NCBI GenBank assembly: GCA_963835065.1
Contig: CAWIEK010000054.1
Coordinates: forward strand, 1 to 64,000
DNA length: 64,000 nucleotides
Source of the DNA: an uncultured Chthonomonadaceae bacterium
GTDB taxonomy: Bacteria; Armatimonadota; Chthonomonadetes; Chthonomonadales; Chthonomonadaceae
Direction of reading: 5' to 3'
Below, in pieces: positions 31,733 to 41,914 of this stretch. Numbering within the stretch: the first letter of the stretch is position 1; each line of letters starts with the position of its first letter. Made by a program: the position numbers and the translations under genes. The notes beneath the pieces were generated by a model, which was given only the letters and a program-made list of their open reading frames with translations, was not told the DNA's origin and did not search any database.

Positions 31733-32707
31733 ATGACCGACACAGCCAAACCTCAAGAGATTGTGCCGCCTGCTCACGCGACAACCCGCCGCAAGCCGTC
31801 GCCAAAACAGCGCGTCCGCCGACGGGTAATCCTGCTGCTTTTGCTGCTTGCGGCTTTTCATTTTTGCTTGTGCGGGATGCTGGCGTGGGAAACCGTTCGG
31901 CCCAAGCGGAATCGAGTCACGCCTACACCCGCTTCCTACCCTCTGGCTTTTGAAAACATCGCTTTTCGTTCGCAGGATAACACTATGCTGCGCGGCTGGT
32001 TCCTGCCTGCCGCACAAAAACCGCGCGGCCTGATTATCTGCTGTCATGGCGTGGATAGCGACCGAAGTGACCTGCTGGAAACCGCCGTGATTTTGCATAA
32101 GGCGGGTTACGCCGCGCTGCTGTTCGATTTTCGGGCGCGGGGCGAAAGCGGGGGCAGGCTTTGTACATTGGGCTATCGCGAAGTGGACGATTTATTGGCC
32201 GCGATTCGCTATGCGCAGGCGCGTCCCGATTTACGGCAGGTTCCCATCGGGTTGCTTGGCGAGTTTATGGGCGCGGCGGTGGCCTTGATGGGCGCGGCGC
32301 GCTGCCCGGATGTGAAGGCCGTGATTGCGGAAAGCCCGTTTGCCCGTCTTGACCATGCGGTAAGCAACCATTTTCGGAGCGTGTTCGGGTTTGCCGCGCC
32401 CATCTTTGCCTTTCCCACGCGGATACTAGGCCAGATGTTGATTGGCAAAAGCTGCGCCGACATTGCGCCCGTTGAAGAAATCAGCCGTATCTCGCCACGT
32501 CCTTTGCTTCTCATTGAGGACGGTTCCGACAAACTTTGCCCGCCCGAAGAAACGCAGGCGTTGCTTACCGCTTCCGGTTCACCCAAACAGTTATGGCATG
32601 TTCCCAATGCCGGCCACATCAGTTCGCAAAACGTTGCCCCCGGCGAATACGCCCGCCGCATCACTGGATTCTTCAACACCTCCCTGCCTCGTCAAGGCGT
32701 TCATTGA
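31733..32707 (+). CDS. Alpha/beta hydrolase with nucleophile-elbow Ser replaced by Phe
   Basis: LRGWF, CHG, FDFRARGES, GEFMG (normally GxSMG), D and GH acid/His positions. Confidence 0.8.
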   Translation: MTDTAKPQEIVPPAHATTRRKPSPKQRVRRRVILLLLLLAAFHFCLCGMLAWETVRPKRNRVTPTPASYPLAFENIAFRSQDNTMLRGWFLPAAQKPRGLIICCHGVDSDRSDLLETAVILHKAGYAALLFDFRARGESGGRLCTLGYREVDDLLAAIRYAQARPDLRQVPIGLLGEFMGAAVALMGAARCPDVKAVIAESPFARLDHAVSNHFRSVFGFAAPIFAFPTRILGQMLIGKSCADIAPVEEISRISPRPLLLIEDGSDKLCPPEETQALLTASGSPKQLWHVPNAGHISSQNVAPGEYARRITGFFNTSLPRQGVH

Positions 32708-33033
32708 TTCCAATAAGGAAGTTCAACAAGTAAGTATAACCGGCAAGCATTACAGTAGACAATCCTATCATTCTCCCGACAATAATTATGCGCTTACTGA
32801 TGTGTTCCAGAAGCGCGACGACGGGCTATTCTGTTTCAGCCGGAGGGGTTTTGCGCAACGTCACAAACCGGGATTTCCCCGCGTTTAGGGCGTTGCCGGG
32901 CCAGACTAGCACGGTCGTATTTCTATGACAAGAAGCCGTCAGGCTTTTTATACTGGTTTGTCACCGGTGTCAGACGCAGGCAATCGCCTTAATCCGATAT
33001 TCGGGGGCAAGAGTCATACGGGAGAACAAAACA

Positions 33034-33288
33034 ATGGTAATTACCGGTGTACCCAACACGCAAAGATCGGATTTCCGCCATGTCGGCTCACGGGCAGGCA
33101 ATGCGGGAACTTCGGGCGACACAACGCAGGAGATCAGCGCGGCAACTATCCGCGCCGCGCATAAAGGAACGCTCGTAGGGTTTGCGCAAGCGCAGTGGGT
33201 CGAGTTTCAGCGCGGAGCCAATCCCGACCCGCGCCACAATGCTCCTGCGCCTTCAGTCAACGGCTCTGCGGTGAACCTGAGCGTTTGA
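33034..33288 (+). CDS. Small hypothetical protein
   Basis: GGAG RBS; ends in GSAVNLSV. Confidence 0.45.
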   Translation: MVITGVPNTQRSDFRHVGSRAGNAGTSGDTTQEISAATIRAAHKGTLVGFAQAQWVEFQRGANPDPRHNAPAPSVNGSAVNLSV

Positions 33289-33311
33289 AACAGGCTTGAG
33301 ATATTAGATAT

Positions 33312-34269
33312 TAAGTAAATCGTGGGTCAAAGTTCGTAGAAAGAGGTGGAGGATTTGTGCCACCTATGTACCGCGTCACTTTGACTGCTGAACAACGTAT
33401 CGAACTCGACCGCCGCGCCCACCAAGCCGCTGTTGCGCCGTGTACGCGCGACCGCCTGGAGAGGCTGCGCCTGTCGGATGCGGGCGGGAGCCTCCCCAAG
33501 ATTGCCCGCCATCTGCGCCAGCATGAACAAACGGTGCGCTTTTGGATCAAAGCCTACCGCGACGGCGGCTTTGACGCCCTGCGCAACAAACCGCGCGGCG
33601 GCAAAACGTCGGTGTTGACGCCGGAGGTGCGCGATGCCCTGGTTGCCGAAGTCAGCAAAGGGGAGCGCACCTGGACAGCGCGGCAACTCGCCGACTGGCT
33701 GGCGGAACACCATCAGGTGCATCTGAGCGCCGATTGGCTACGGGTTCATCTCAAACGCGCGGATTTGCGCTACAAGCGTACCAGCCGCAGTCTCAAACAT
33801 AAGCAAAAGGCCGAGGAGGTGGCTCACAAGCAAGCCGCCAGCGAGACCTTGAAAAAGGGGCGATGCCGGGTTGATCAACGTGGTAGATGCCGATGAAGCC
33901 GGGTTTGCGCCCACCTTGCCCGTGTGTTATAAGTAACCCGTTGGTGTAAGTTCGTAGGTTTCGAGATTGAGTTTCTACGAAGTTTGGCCTTCGGTCTACT
34001 TACTCGGTTCATAAGAGCCAGACCGTCCAAGACGCCTTGCCGCAACGCGAAGCCGCGGATGTGTGGCTCGTGTCGCTGCCGTCCTACTCGCCGCAACTCT
34101 CTGAGATCGAGCCGATCTGCAACGCGGTCAAGCATCATCAGATGCCCACGCGCAGTTATAAGGAAATAGCCGACCGCAAAGCCGCCGTAGACAAGTCACT
34201 GCAAGAAAAGGCCGAGCATCTGCGCCAAGCGCAAGAGAAAACTACGAACTTACAACAACGGCCTACTTA
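33312..34269 (+). mobile_element. IS630-family element, degraded
   Basis: IRs TAAGTAAATCGTGGGTCAAAGTTCGTAG / CTACGAACTTACAACAACGGCCTACTTA; HTH ORF 33366-33896; AAAAAGGGG slip site; DEAGF, YSVH, LPSYSP.L..IE motifs. Confidence 0.9.
33930..34002. mobile_element. 73-bp MITE with IS630-type ends inside the transposase
   Basis: TAAGTAACCCGTTGGTGTAAGTTCGTAG-N17-CTACGAAGTTTGGCCTTCGGTCTACTTA. Confidence 0.75.
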
Positions 34270-34276
34270 ATTAGTC

Positions 34277-34465
34277 TTCACCACAGAGACACAGAGACAC
34301 AGAGGTTTCACAGAGAAGACAAGGAGAAGGGGAGACAAGGAGAAGAGGAGAAGAGGAGAGGGAAGTCGGCGTAGCTACGCTTCTTGCGCGTTTCCTGATC
34401 TCTCTTCTGATTTCTCCTCTTCCCCCCTCTGTGAAACCTCTGTGTCTCTGTGTCTCTGTGGTGAA
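34277..34465. repeat. 39-bp perfect inverted repeat (CACCACAGAGACACAGAG family)
   Basis: Arms 34277-34315 and 34427-34465. Confidence 0.9.
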
Positions 34466-35043
34466 AGTATGACCCGGCAGACAAGCGCTGTCAGGCTGAA
34501 GCCGAGCGTCCAGCCGGCGAGGACATCGGAAGGGTAGTGGACGCCGACATAGACCCGTGAATAGCCGATAATCAGGGGCAGCAGGAGCGCAAGCCACGCC
34601 CATCGCGTCCGTCTGCGAAACGCCCAGATTAGAATGGTGGCGGCGCAGGCAGTCACAGCGGAGTGCGAAGACGGAAAAGATGATGTGCCAAGCGGAGCCC
34701 AATGCTCAGGCAACCGAGCGCCCGGCACAACCGACTCTTTTTCGCCGTTCACAATCAGAACAGCGCTGGGGCGTGGGCGGTGAAACAGGGGCTTGATAAC
34801 GTTGCTGCTGACGGTATTGATAAGGGGAAGCATCACGACAAGCAGCGCGAGAACAGTTCGCCCGCGCTTGCCATCGCGCGCCCACAGCAGCCACAACAGG
34901 GGCAGCATAATAACCCAAAACCACACATAATGGTGCGCGTTGGTAACATTGGGCAGAACCGCGTCGAACAAGCCGTTGTGCAGCCGCTCATTAAACAGGA
35001 CGAATATCTGACGGTCTAAACTCACGGCAGTCTGGTTCTCCAA
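34375..35043 (-). CDS. PAP2 family phosphatase
   Basis: K....RPRP, SFPSSH, SRVYVGVHYPSDV motifs; C-terminus reads into the repeat. Confidence 0.9.
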   Translation of the reverse strand: MENQTAVSLDRQIFVLFNERLHNGLFDAVLPNVTNAHHYVWFWVIMLPLLWLLWARDGKRGRTVLALLVVMLPLINTVSSNVIKPLFHRPRPSAVLIVNGEKESVVPGARLPEHWAPLGTSSFPSSHSAVTACAATILIWAFRRRTRWAWLALLLPLIIGYSRVYVGVHYPSDVLAGWTLGFSLTALVCRVILSPQRHRDTEVSQRGEEEKSEERSGNAQEA

Positions 35044-35208
35044 AATTCACAGGCAGGAACATTCACAGGATTGTTTCTGTCTGCTTCGTTATGCGAAAGA
35101 CAGCCGGGGCTTTCACTTTGTTTCGGAAGTTTACACCGATACAAGAGATAAGGTGTAAGGGAGAAGGGATAAGCAATGCTCACTACCGAACACCAAACGC
35201 CAATGTAG

Positions 35209-36738
35209 TTATGTTAGCGTTGCCAGAAAAGCGTCGAAGGCGGTCAGAGCGCGTTCGCCTTTTAGCCGCGCCTTTTCCCGCTTGTCGCGTATGACGGGGC
35301 CGGGAAGTTCCGGCACGATGCCCCAATTGCTGTTCATAGGCGAAAAGTGCTTCGGGTCGGTTTCGACCAGGTAATAGCACAGGGAGCCCAGCACGGACTC
35401 GCGGGGCGGGATAGCGGGCGATAGTCCAACGCATTGCCGATGCGCGTTCAAACCGGCGAGGATGCCGATGGCGGCGGACTCAAGATAGCCTTCCACGCCC
35501 GTCATTTGCCCGGCCAGGAAAATCCCCGGATGCTGGCGCAACTGGCACGTCAGGTCGAGCAGGCGCGGCGCATTGACATACGTGTTGCGGTGCATCACGC
35601 CGAAACGGACAAATTCGGCGTGTTCCAAACCGGGAATCATCTGCAAAATGCGCTTCTGTTCGCCCCATTTCAAGCGCGTTTGAAAGCCCACCAATCCCCA
35701 CAACGTGCCTTCTTTATTTTCCTGACGTAATTGTACGACGGCATACGGGCGGCGGCCTGTGCGCGGATCGGACAGGCCGATAGGTTTCATTGGCCCAAAG
35801 GCAAGGGTGCGCGGCCCGCGCCGCGCCAGTTCCTCAATCGGGACGCACATCTCGAAGAACACCATTTTGGCCGCGTTTGTATCCGCATCCCCGGCTTCAA
35901 AGTCGTGAACGGGCGCTTTTTCCGCCCCGTTCAGGGCTTCCCAAAACGCCAGATATTCATCCTTTTCAAACGGGCAATTCAGATAATCCGCGCTAGCTTC
36001 GGGAGCGCCGCCACAGCCGATGCCTTCGGCGGGTTGAGGGTTTTCAGTTGATAGTTGATAGTTGATAGTTGATAGGGCATCCTCTTCTGTTCCCTGTGCC
36101 CTGTGCCCTGTGCCCTGTTCTTCTGTCTTCTCTTCTTCTTTTCTTCTTTTCTTCTCTTCTTCTCCCTGCTCCCTTAATCCTGACCCCTTGCCCCGGCGTG
36201 AGGCGCGAAACACTTTGCTCAAGTCCAGGCTGTCGTAGGTGACGGTGGGGGCGACGGCGTCGTAGAAGGCGAGCGAGTCGCCTCCGGTCAGGCGGGCGAT
36301 TTCAGCGGCAAGGGCGTCGGATGTGAGCGGGCCGGTGGCTAAAATCAGGGGGCGCGTGGCCGGGAGGGACGTGACTTCCTCGCGTATCAGGGTAATGTTG
36401 GGATGGGCTTCGAGGGCGCAGGTCACTTCGCGGGCGAACGGTTCGCGGTCTACGGCCAGGGCTTCCCCGGCGGGAACGCGGTGACGCTCGGCGATGGGTA
36501 AAATCAGGGAGCCAAGCCGCCGCATCTCTTCTTTGAGGACGCCGCTCGCATTGGTCAGCAGGTTGGACTTGAAGGAGTTGGAGCAGACCAGTTCGGCCAA
36601 ATCGCCCGTCTGATGCACCGGCGTTTTCTTTAGCGGGCGCATTTCGTACAGCGTTACTTTGCTGCCTTCCTGCGCCGCCGCCCACGCCGCTTCCACGCCC
36701 GCAAACCCGCCGCCCACAACCGTAATGTGTTCTTCCAT
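35209..36738 (-). CDS. trmFO: tRNA (uracil-5)-methyltransferase TrmFO with ~60-aa repeat-derived insertion
   Basis: GGGFAG.EAA, ELVCSNS, DYLNCP, GPMKP.GL, GVMHRNTY, GVEGY.ES. Confidence 0.93.
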   Translation of the reverse strand: MEEHITVVGGGFAGVEAAWAAAQEGSKVTLYEMRPLKKTPVHQTGDLAELVCSNSFKSNLLTNASGVLKEEMRRLGSLILPIAERHRVPAGEALAVDREPFAREVTCALEAHPNITLIREEVTSLPATRPLILATGPLTSDALAAEIARLTGGDSLAFYDAVAPTVTYDSLDLSKVFRASRRGKGSGLREQGEEEKKRRKEEEKTEEQGTGHRAQGTEEDALSTINYQLSTENPQPAEGIGCGGAPEASADYLNCPFEKDEYLAFWEALNGAEKAPVHDFEAGDADTNAAKMVFFEMCVPIEELARRGPRTLAFGPMKPIGLSDPRTGRRPYAVVQLRQENKEGTLWGLVGFQTRLKWGEQKRILQMIPGLEHAEFVRFGVMHRNTYVNAPRLLDLTCQLRQHPGIFLAGQMTGVEGYLESAAIGILAGLNAHRQCVGLSPAIPPRESVLGSLCYYLVETDPKHFSPMNSNWGIVPELPGPVIRDKREKARLKGERALTAFDAFLATLT

Positions 36739-36790
36739 AATTTTGTTCTATTGCCCTTACTGCTTCCTAATATGTCGGCAGAATAGGTGT

Positions 36791-37069
36791 TTACGCGGCT
36801 TCCTGCGCCGCGTCAATGGCGTCAAAAGCGGGAATCAGCAGCACTTTCAGGTGCGCTTCATCCGCCAGCATGATCTCTACATCTGCCAACGCTTCGTAGT
36901 AAGGAAACAGCTTGCGCGGTTCTTTGTCCAGAAGCACCGGAACTTTCCAGCCAAATTCATCCTGCTGTACTTCTTCCTCAATCACGGTGAACGTAATACC
37001 GTCCGGGTGACAATCTTTCAGGTACTGGCGAACGGTTTCAGCGACGGAATGTTCATTTTGCTCTGGCAT
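36791..37069 (-). CDS. Hypothetical protein
   Basis: 92-aa ORF with GGAG RBS; 3' end duplicated at 37761-37827. Confidence 0.6.
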   Translation of the reverse strand: MPEQNEHSVAETVRQYLKDCHPDGITFTVIEEEVQQDEFGWKVPVLLDKEPRKLFPYYEALADVEIMLADEAHLKVLLIPAFDAIDAAQEAA

Positions 37070-37134
37070 TGGTTCTCTCCAGATCACGTAAGAAGATAGT
37101 GGCGCGTCGTATACATTCCAAGCTTACTTCACGC

Positions 37135-37446
37135 TCACTTGTCCGGCTCTTCGCTTGTAGGAAATAAGTCTTCCACTCTACGCGCTCCATGCAGGACGCG
37201 CAACACGCGAATTCCATTTGGGATTTTGCGATAATAGATGACATAACTGCCAACCGGAAAACTGCGCAGGCCCACAGATAGTTCTTCACGACTGCGCCCG
37301 ATACCGGGAGCGTCCGCAATCGCCTTCATATTACTCCGTAAGCGCTTAATGTGCCGGCTTGCGGCGGTGGCGCTATCTTGGGCGATATATTCCCTGATGT
37401 TCGCCAAATCATCAATCGCTTGCTCTGCAAGCTCGTACTTGCTCAT
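37135..37446 (-). CDS. parE: ParE/RelE toxin
   Basis: A..DL..I..YIA.DS, P.IGR.R.EL..GLRSF, YVIYY, RVLHGAR. Confidence 0.9.
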   Translation of the reverse strand: MSKYELAEQAIDDLANIREYIAQDSATAASRHIKRLRSNMKAIADAPGIGRSREELSVGLRSFPVGSYVIYYRKIPNGIRVLRVLHGARRVEDLFPTSEEPDK

Positions 37447-37740
37447 TTAGAAACTCGCTTCTTGCGGCTGAGGGCGTTGGATTTTTCCTGCTTCAATGTC
37501 TGCGAACAAGGCATCCAGTTCTGCGTCATTGAAACTGCGGTATTCGCCGCGCGCAAATTGGTCATCGGCAACAGCGAGTTCGCAACGCAGTTCCTCTAGT
37601 GGTAACGGGTCGTCATGCTGCTCCGGCAGGGACAGCAGGTGCAGGGCCACATCCAGAACTTCGCTGGCATCGGCAAAATCACCTTCTGCCACTTTCCGGT
37701 TGATAATTGCTTCCTGATCGGGAGTGAGTGTAATGGTCAT
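37447..37740 (-). CDS. parD: ParD-type antitoxin
   Basis: MTITLT..QE..I...V..G.F..ASEV...AL; abuts parE. Confidence 0.85.
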   Translation of the reverse strand: MTITLTPDQEAIINRKVAEGDFADASEVLDVALHLLSLPEQHDDPLPLEELRCELAVADDQFARGEYRSFNDAELDALFADIEAGKIQRPQPQEASF

Positions 37741-37837
37741 GGTATTCGTCCTCTCCTCTGTGTTGGCAGAATAGGTGTTTACTCCGCTTCCCGCGCCGCG
37801 TCAATAGCGTCAAAAGTGGGGAACAGCCTGCTTAACG

Positions 37838-39187
37838 CTACGCCACGTGAGCCTCGACGGGTAGGCGGACGAGGAAGGTGCTGCCCTGTCCCGGTTCGCT
37901 TTCGCAGGTGATTGTGCCGCCGTGCAGTTCCACGAGGCTTTTCACCAGATACAGGCCCAAACCTGTGCCGGGAATGTTCTTTATCGCATCCCGGTCTATG
38001 CGCTCGTACTGCCGGAACAAGCGCCCGCACTGCTCCTGCGACATGCCCACCCCCGCATCCTTCACGCTGATAACAATTTGCCCATCCCCTTCCCAACGCG
38101 CCGTCAGGCGGATTTCGCCGCCGTCCGGGGAGTATTTGATGGCGTTGCTGAGGAGGTTGGAGAATATCTGGTTCAGTTTGTCCTCGTCCGCCGTAATCGT
38201 GGAGGGAAGGTCGTCGGCCAGGTCGGTGACGATGCTATGCCGGGGCGTGAAAAACTTGTAGAACTTGTGCCGCCGCGCCAGCTTTTCCAGCAGGCCGGGC
38301 AGTTCTATTTCTTTCAGCGACAGGGACAGGGGCCGCCCCGCTTCCAGTCGGGACACGTCCAGCAGTTCGTTAATCATATCCAGCAGGCGGTCCGAATCGG
38401 CTTCTATCGCCTCAAAAAACTCCTGCTTGGTTTCCTCGTCCAGCGTGTGTTCTTCATCGGCGAGCATGGTCTGCACGTAGCCCCGAATCGTGGTCAGGGG
38501 ATTGCGCAGTTCGTGGGCGACAAACCCGATGAAATCCGACTTCAAGCGGCTCGCTTCTTCCAACGCCAGGCGCTGCGTTTCCTGACTGTGCAGTTCGTCC
38601 TGAAGCCGCAGGCGCTCCTCAAGGCTGCCGCGCAGGTTGTCGTACAAGCGGGCGTTTTGTATGGCGACAGCCGCTTGATTGGCGAAAGCCGACAGCATAT
38701 CCAGATGCCGCTCCGTAAACACGCCCGACTTCAAGCGGTTGTCAATGTAAATGATGCCCAACAAGCGCCCCTGCGCAATCAGGGGAACGCAGCAGACGGA
38801 GCGCAAATGGGTCAATTGGACGCTTTGCCGGTTGGCGAAGCGAGGATCCTCCATCGCGTTGACGGAAAGAATAGGCTGCCGCGTATCCAGCGCGCTTTCC
38901 ACGATGTAACGGCTAATTTCGGCTTCATTCGCGCCGCCGATATTGCCGAGCGTGGCTTCCAGCGCCCTTTTCTCGATGTGGCGCAGAGCCTCGCCCCACA
39001 CGCGGCCCGTTTCTATATCCACCAGCAGAATAAAGCCGCGCTCCGCGCCCACAAAGCTGATGACCTGCTCAATGGCGGTTTCCAGCACTTGTTTCAAGTC
39101 CAAACTGGAATTGAGCAGTTGTCCCAATTGCAGCAGGGTCGCAAGGTAATCGGTCGGTTCAATTTCGGCGGGCAAAGTGTCCGGCAT
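37838..39187 (-). CDS. GAF-domain sensor histidine kinase
   Basis: GAF region; HELRNPL, NLLSNAIKY, D.G.G and GTGLGL boxes. Confidence 0.92.
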   Translation of the reverse strand: MPDTLPAEIEPTDYLATLLQLGQLLNSSLDLKQVLETAIEQVISFVGAERGFILLVDIETGRVWGEALRHIEKRALEATLGNIGGANEAEISRYIVESALDTRQPILSVNAMEDPRFANRQSVQLTHLRSVCCVPLIAQGRLLGIIYIDNRLKSGVFTERHLDMLSAFANQAAVAIQNARLYDNLRGSLEERLRLQDELHSQETQRLALEEASRLKSDFIGFVAHELRNPLTTIRGYVQTMLADEEHTLDEETKQEFFEAIEADSDRLLDMINELLDVSRLEAGRPLSLSLKEIELPGLLEKLARRHKFYKFFTPRHSIVTDLADDLPSTITADEDKLNQIFSNLLSNAIKYSPDGGEIRLTARWEGDGQIVISVKDAGVGMSQEQCGRLFRQYERIDRDAIKNIPGTGLGLYLVKSLVELHGGTITCESEPGQGSTFLVRLPVEAHVA

Positions 39188-39363
39188 GACAGCGCAATCT
39201 CCTTAAAGTGAGGAAGATATTAGATATTAGGCATTAGATATTAGGCACAAGCCAATGCCTGAACACTCTAAATTTCATGGAAACGAATGATGCGATAGAC
39301 ATGCAGGCTATTTGCGTGTATTCGCGTGTATTTGCGGCTGAATGGGCTACATGTCTTTTACGT

Positions 39364-41784
39364 TTAATGGGTCGCGCCTACATCCCCGAATTCGGCGGGC
39401 GGCGGCGGATTCCTGCGTCCGCGTCGGGGTGGCTGTCCCGGCCCGCGTCGGCTGCCGTCGGGGTTGCGACCAAACACGATGGGATTGCTGCCGATGAGCC
39501 GGATCACCACATCATGCGGCTGCATCAATTGCCCGCCGATCAGGGCGCGGTTCGACGCCAATTGCTGCGCCACTTGATCGCTGAACAGATGTATATTCTG
39601 GCGAACAACCTGTTGTCTTTGTTCCCCGGTCAGGTCGGGCGCAATGGCAAGCGGCTGCGGCGGAGGCAGTTCAAACGTCGGAGGCAGGTTTTTGAGTTCC
39701 TTCTTGGACGCGACAATCAGCACGGCTCCCCGGCTGTTGGCAAGGGTTTTCGGCAGGAGCAAGGGAATGGAATAGGCGGTTTTGGGCGCGGCGGCAAAGT
39801 ATTCATACCCGGCGAACAGCCGCGTGGCGTTACGCTGCCGGGGTGGAAGCAGGTAAAAATAGGCGTAGCAGTCTACGTCGTTTTGCAGACTGATGTGAAT
39901 AGCGCTGGCGTCGTTCCTGTTGATACGCGCCACTTTCATGCCAATCACAAGCGGCGGCTTTGATTCTTCCGCGACACTGGGCAATGCGGGCAATTTAACA
40001 GGCTTGGCGCTGCTTTTCGCGCCGGTTCCGCTTTTTGCGGCGGCGGTGGTTTTCGCGTCATCCGTAGTTTTCACGCCACTCCCGGTCAGGCTATTCGCAG
40101 GACTATTTGCCTTTCCACTCGCGCTCGGCATGGATTTCAGCGCGCGGGCGGCTTCCAGTTCCCGCTGCAGCGTTTTAATAAGCGCCATTTCCTGCTGCTG
40201 CTGCTTGCGCCACGCTTCGCGCTCCGCATCAACGGCGTGTTCCTTAACCTTTGCCTGTTCCCCGGTTTTGGCAGTTGTGCCGGCTGTGGATTTTACGCTT
40301 TCGCTGGAACCTTGTTTTGGCGGCGCGGCAACGCTTTTGCCGGACGGCGTACTCATGACGTTTGCGGATGCGCTTGCCTTGCCTTGCGGCGTGGAACCTT
40401 CCGGCTTTGTCGCAGACGGTGTGGAAGCGCTGGCAATAGAGTTGCCGACAGCCGTATCACGCTGCTTGACAGGAACCGGGGAAGATACAGACGGCTTCGT
40501 CACGGCAACGGCAGAAGGCCGCCAGTGTCCCATTGCCAGCGCCGACACTGCGCCCAACGCGCCAATTCCTGCCACTGCCGCGCCGCGCCGCTTCCAGACT
40601 AAGGCAGGGTTTGCAGACGTTGGCTTGTCGGACTGCGCTTGCGAATCTTTTACAAGGACTGTTGGCTGCGCCGCCTGCGCCGCAGTCGCCGCGCTGAAAT
40701 CGGCAGTATTCATCCCCGTTACAGCAGTCTGTTGAACGAGGGATGGGGATATTTCGGCGGTCTGTGACGCTTCCGCTGTTTGCCGGGCCGTCAGCAGGGC
40801 GGCAAGGTCGGCAGTGGGCGCGATAACGGGAGCGAATGGCACGACTTGCGTAAGAGCCGACGCAGCGATTCCGCCAACCCCTTCCCCACCCGCAAGCAGG
40901 CGATCTATCCTAACGGCAAGCGTATCGCCCTGCGACGGCGTTTGTTCCAGCGCGTTTCGAACCTCTTCCGCGCTTTGGGGTCGCTCCCCCGTCTCCTTTG
41001 CCATCATGCGCGTCAGCAGTCCATCCAGCGCGTTCAAGGCTTCCTGCGTCGCGGCGTCAGCGGGAACGGACAGGCGATCCCGCAGGGAGGGCGGCGGCTC
41101 CGTCAGATGTTTCAGCAGTACCGTACCCGGATTGTCGCCCGTAAACGGCTGCGCGCCCGTGACGAACTCGAAGAACACGACGCCGAGCGCGTACACATCC
41201 GCCCGGGCGTCCAGTTTGTCGCCGCGCAATTGTTCGGGAGCCATGTACGCAAGGGTTCCCGCCACCGTACTCGACTGGTTCTTCGACATATCGCCCAGCA
41301 GCCGCGCAAGCCCGAAGTCCATCAGTTTTAAGGTACCGTCGTCGCAGATGAAAATGTTTTCGGGTTTGATGTCGCGGTGCAGTACGCCCCGCTTGTGCGC
41401 GGCTTCCAGAGCGCGGCAGAGCGGCAGGGCGATCTGAGAAAACCGGGGGCAATGGGGAGTGCGCGGGCAGGTTCCGTCCTGCAAAAATTGCCGCAGGGAA
41501 TGTCCCGACAGCAGTTCCATGACCAGAAACACGGTATTGGCGTCCGCGTCCTCGGCCATATCGAAAATCGTGACAATATTGGGGTGCATCAGGCCGGCCA
41601 ACGCCTGCGCTTCCCGCAAAAACCGGACGCGCGCCGACTCCATCTGCATCAGGTGCGGCGCGATCATTTTCAGCGCCACATCCCGGCGCAGGCGGGTATC
41701 ATGGGCGCGATACACGATGCCCATACCGCCGACGCCGATTTGCGCTTCAATTTCATACCGGCCTGCGACGGTTGTTCCAAGCAT
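39364..41784 (-). CDS. Hanks-type Ser/Thr protein kinase, membrane anchored
   Basis: IG.GGMG.VY, VALK, HRDIKPEN, DFG, GT..YMAPE; TM segment; low-complexity linker. Confidence 0.93.
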   Translation of the reverse strand: MLGTTVAGRYEIEAQIGVGGMGIVYRAHDTRLRRDVALKMIAPHLMQMESARVRFLREAQALAGLMHPNIVTIFDMAEDADANTVFLVMELLSGHSLRQFLQDGTCPRTPHCPRFSQIALPLCRALEAAHKRGVLHRDIKPENIFICDDGTLKLMDFGLARLLGDMSKNQSSTVAGTLAYMAPEQLRGDKLDARADVYALGVVFFEFVTGAQPFTGDNPGTVLLKHLTEPPPSLRDRLSVPADAATQEALNALDGLLTRMMAKETGERPQSAEEVRNALEQTPSQGDTLAVRIDRLLAGGEGVGGIAASALTQVVPFAPVIAPTADLAALLTARQTAEASQTAEISPSLVQQTAVTGMNTADFSAATAAQAAQPTVLVKDSQAQSDKPTSANPALVWKRRGAAVAGIGALGAVSALAMGHWRPSAVAVTKPSVSSPVPVKQRDTAVGNSIASASTPSATKPEGSTPQGKASASANVMSTPSGKSVAAPPKQGSSESVKSTAGTTAKTGEQAKVKEHAVDAEREAWRKQQQQEMALIKTLQRELEAARALKSMPSASGKANSPANSLTGSGVKTTDDAKTTAAAKSGTGAKSSAKPVKLPALPSVAEESKPPLVIGMKVARINRNDASAIHISLQNDVDCYAYFYLLPPRQRNATRLFAGYEYFAAAPKTAYSIPLLLPKTLANSRGAVLIVASKKELKNLPPTFELPPPQPLAIAPDLTGEQRQQVVRQNIHLFSDQVAQQLASNRALIGGQLMQPHDVVIRLIGSNPIVFGRNPDGSRRGPGQPPRRGRRNPPPPAEFGDVGATH

Positions 41785-41797
41785 AGAAAGACCTCGA

Positions 41798-41914
41798 AGT
41801 AGTCAGTAGTCAGTAGTCAGTAGTCAGTAGAAATGTTTGTGCATACCAACTTTACGCACTATGCCAGGCTGCCAGTCAAGGATGATTTCTACTGACTACT
41901 GACTACTGACTACT
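41798..41914. repeat. Inverted heptamer arrays (AGTAGTC)n / (CTACTGA)n
   Basis: 41798-41830 versus 41889-41914; the right array supplies the hemB stop codon. Confidence 0.85.

Noticed and set aside
32994..33288. Sigma28 promoter and flagellar-type small protein
   Set aside because: CCGATA and a G..VNL.V ending are suggestive, but no convincing -35 element
41798..41914. Short repeat arrays as CRISPR
   Set aside because: Contiguous 7-mers without unique spacers; no cas genes
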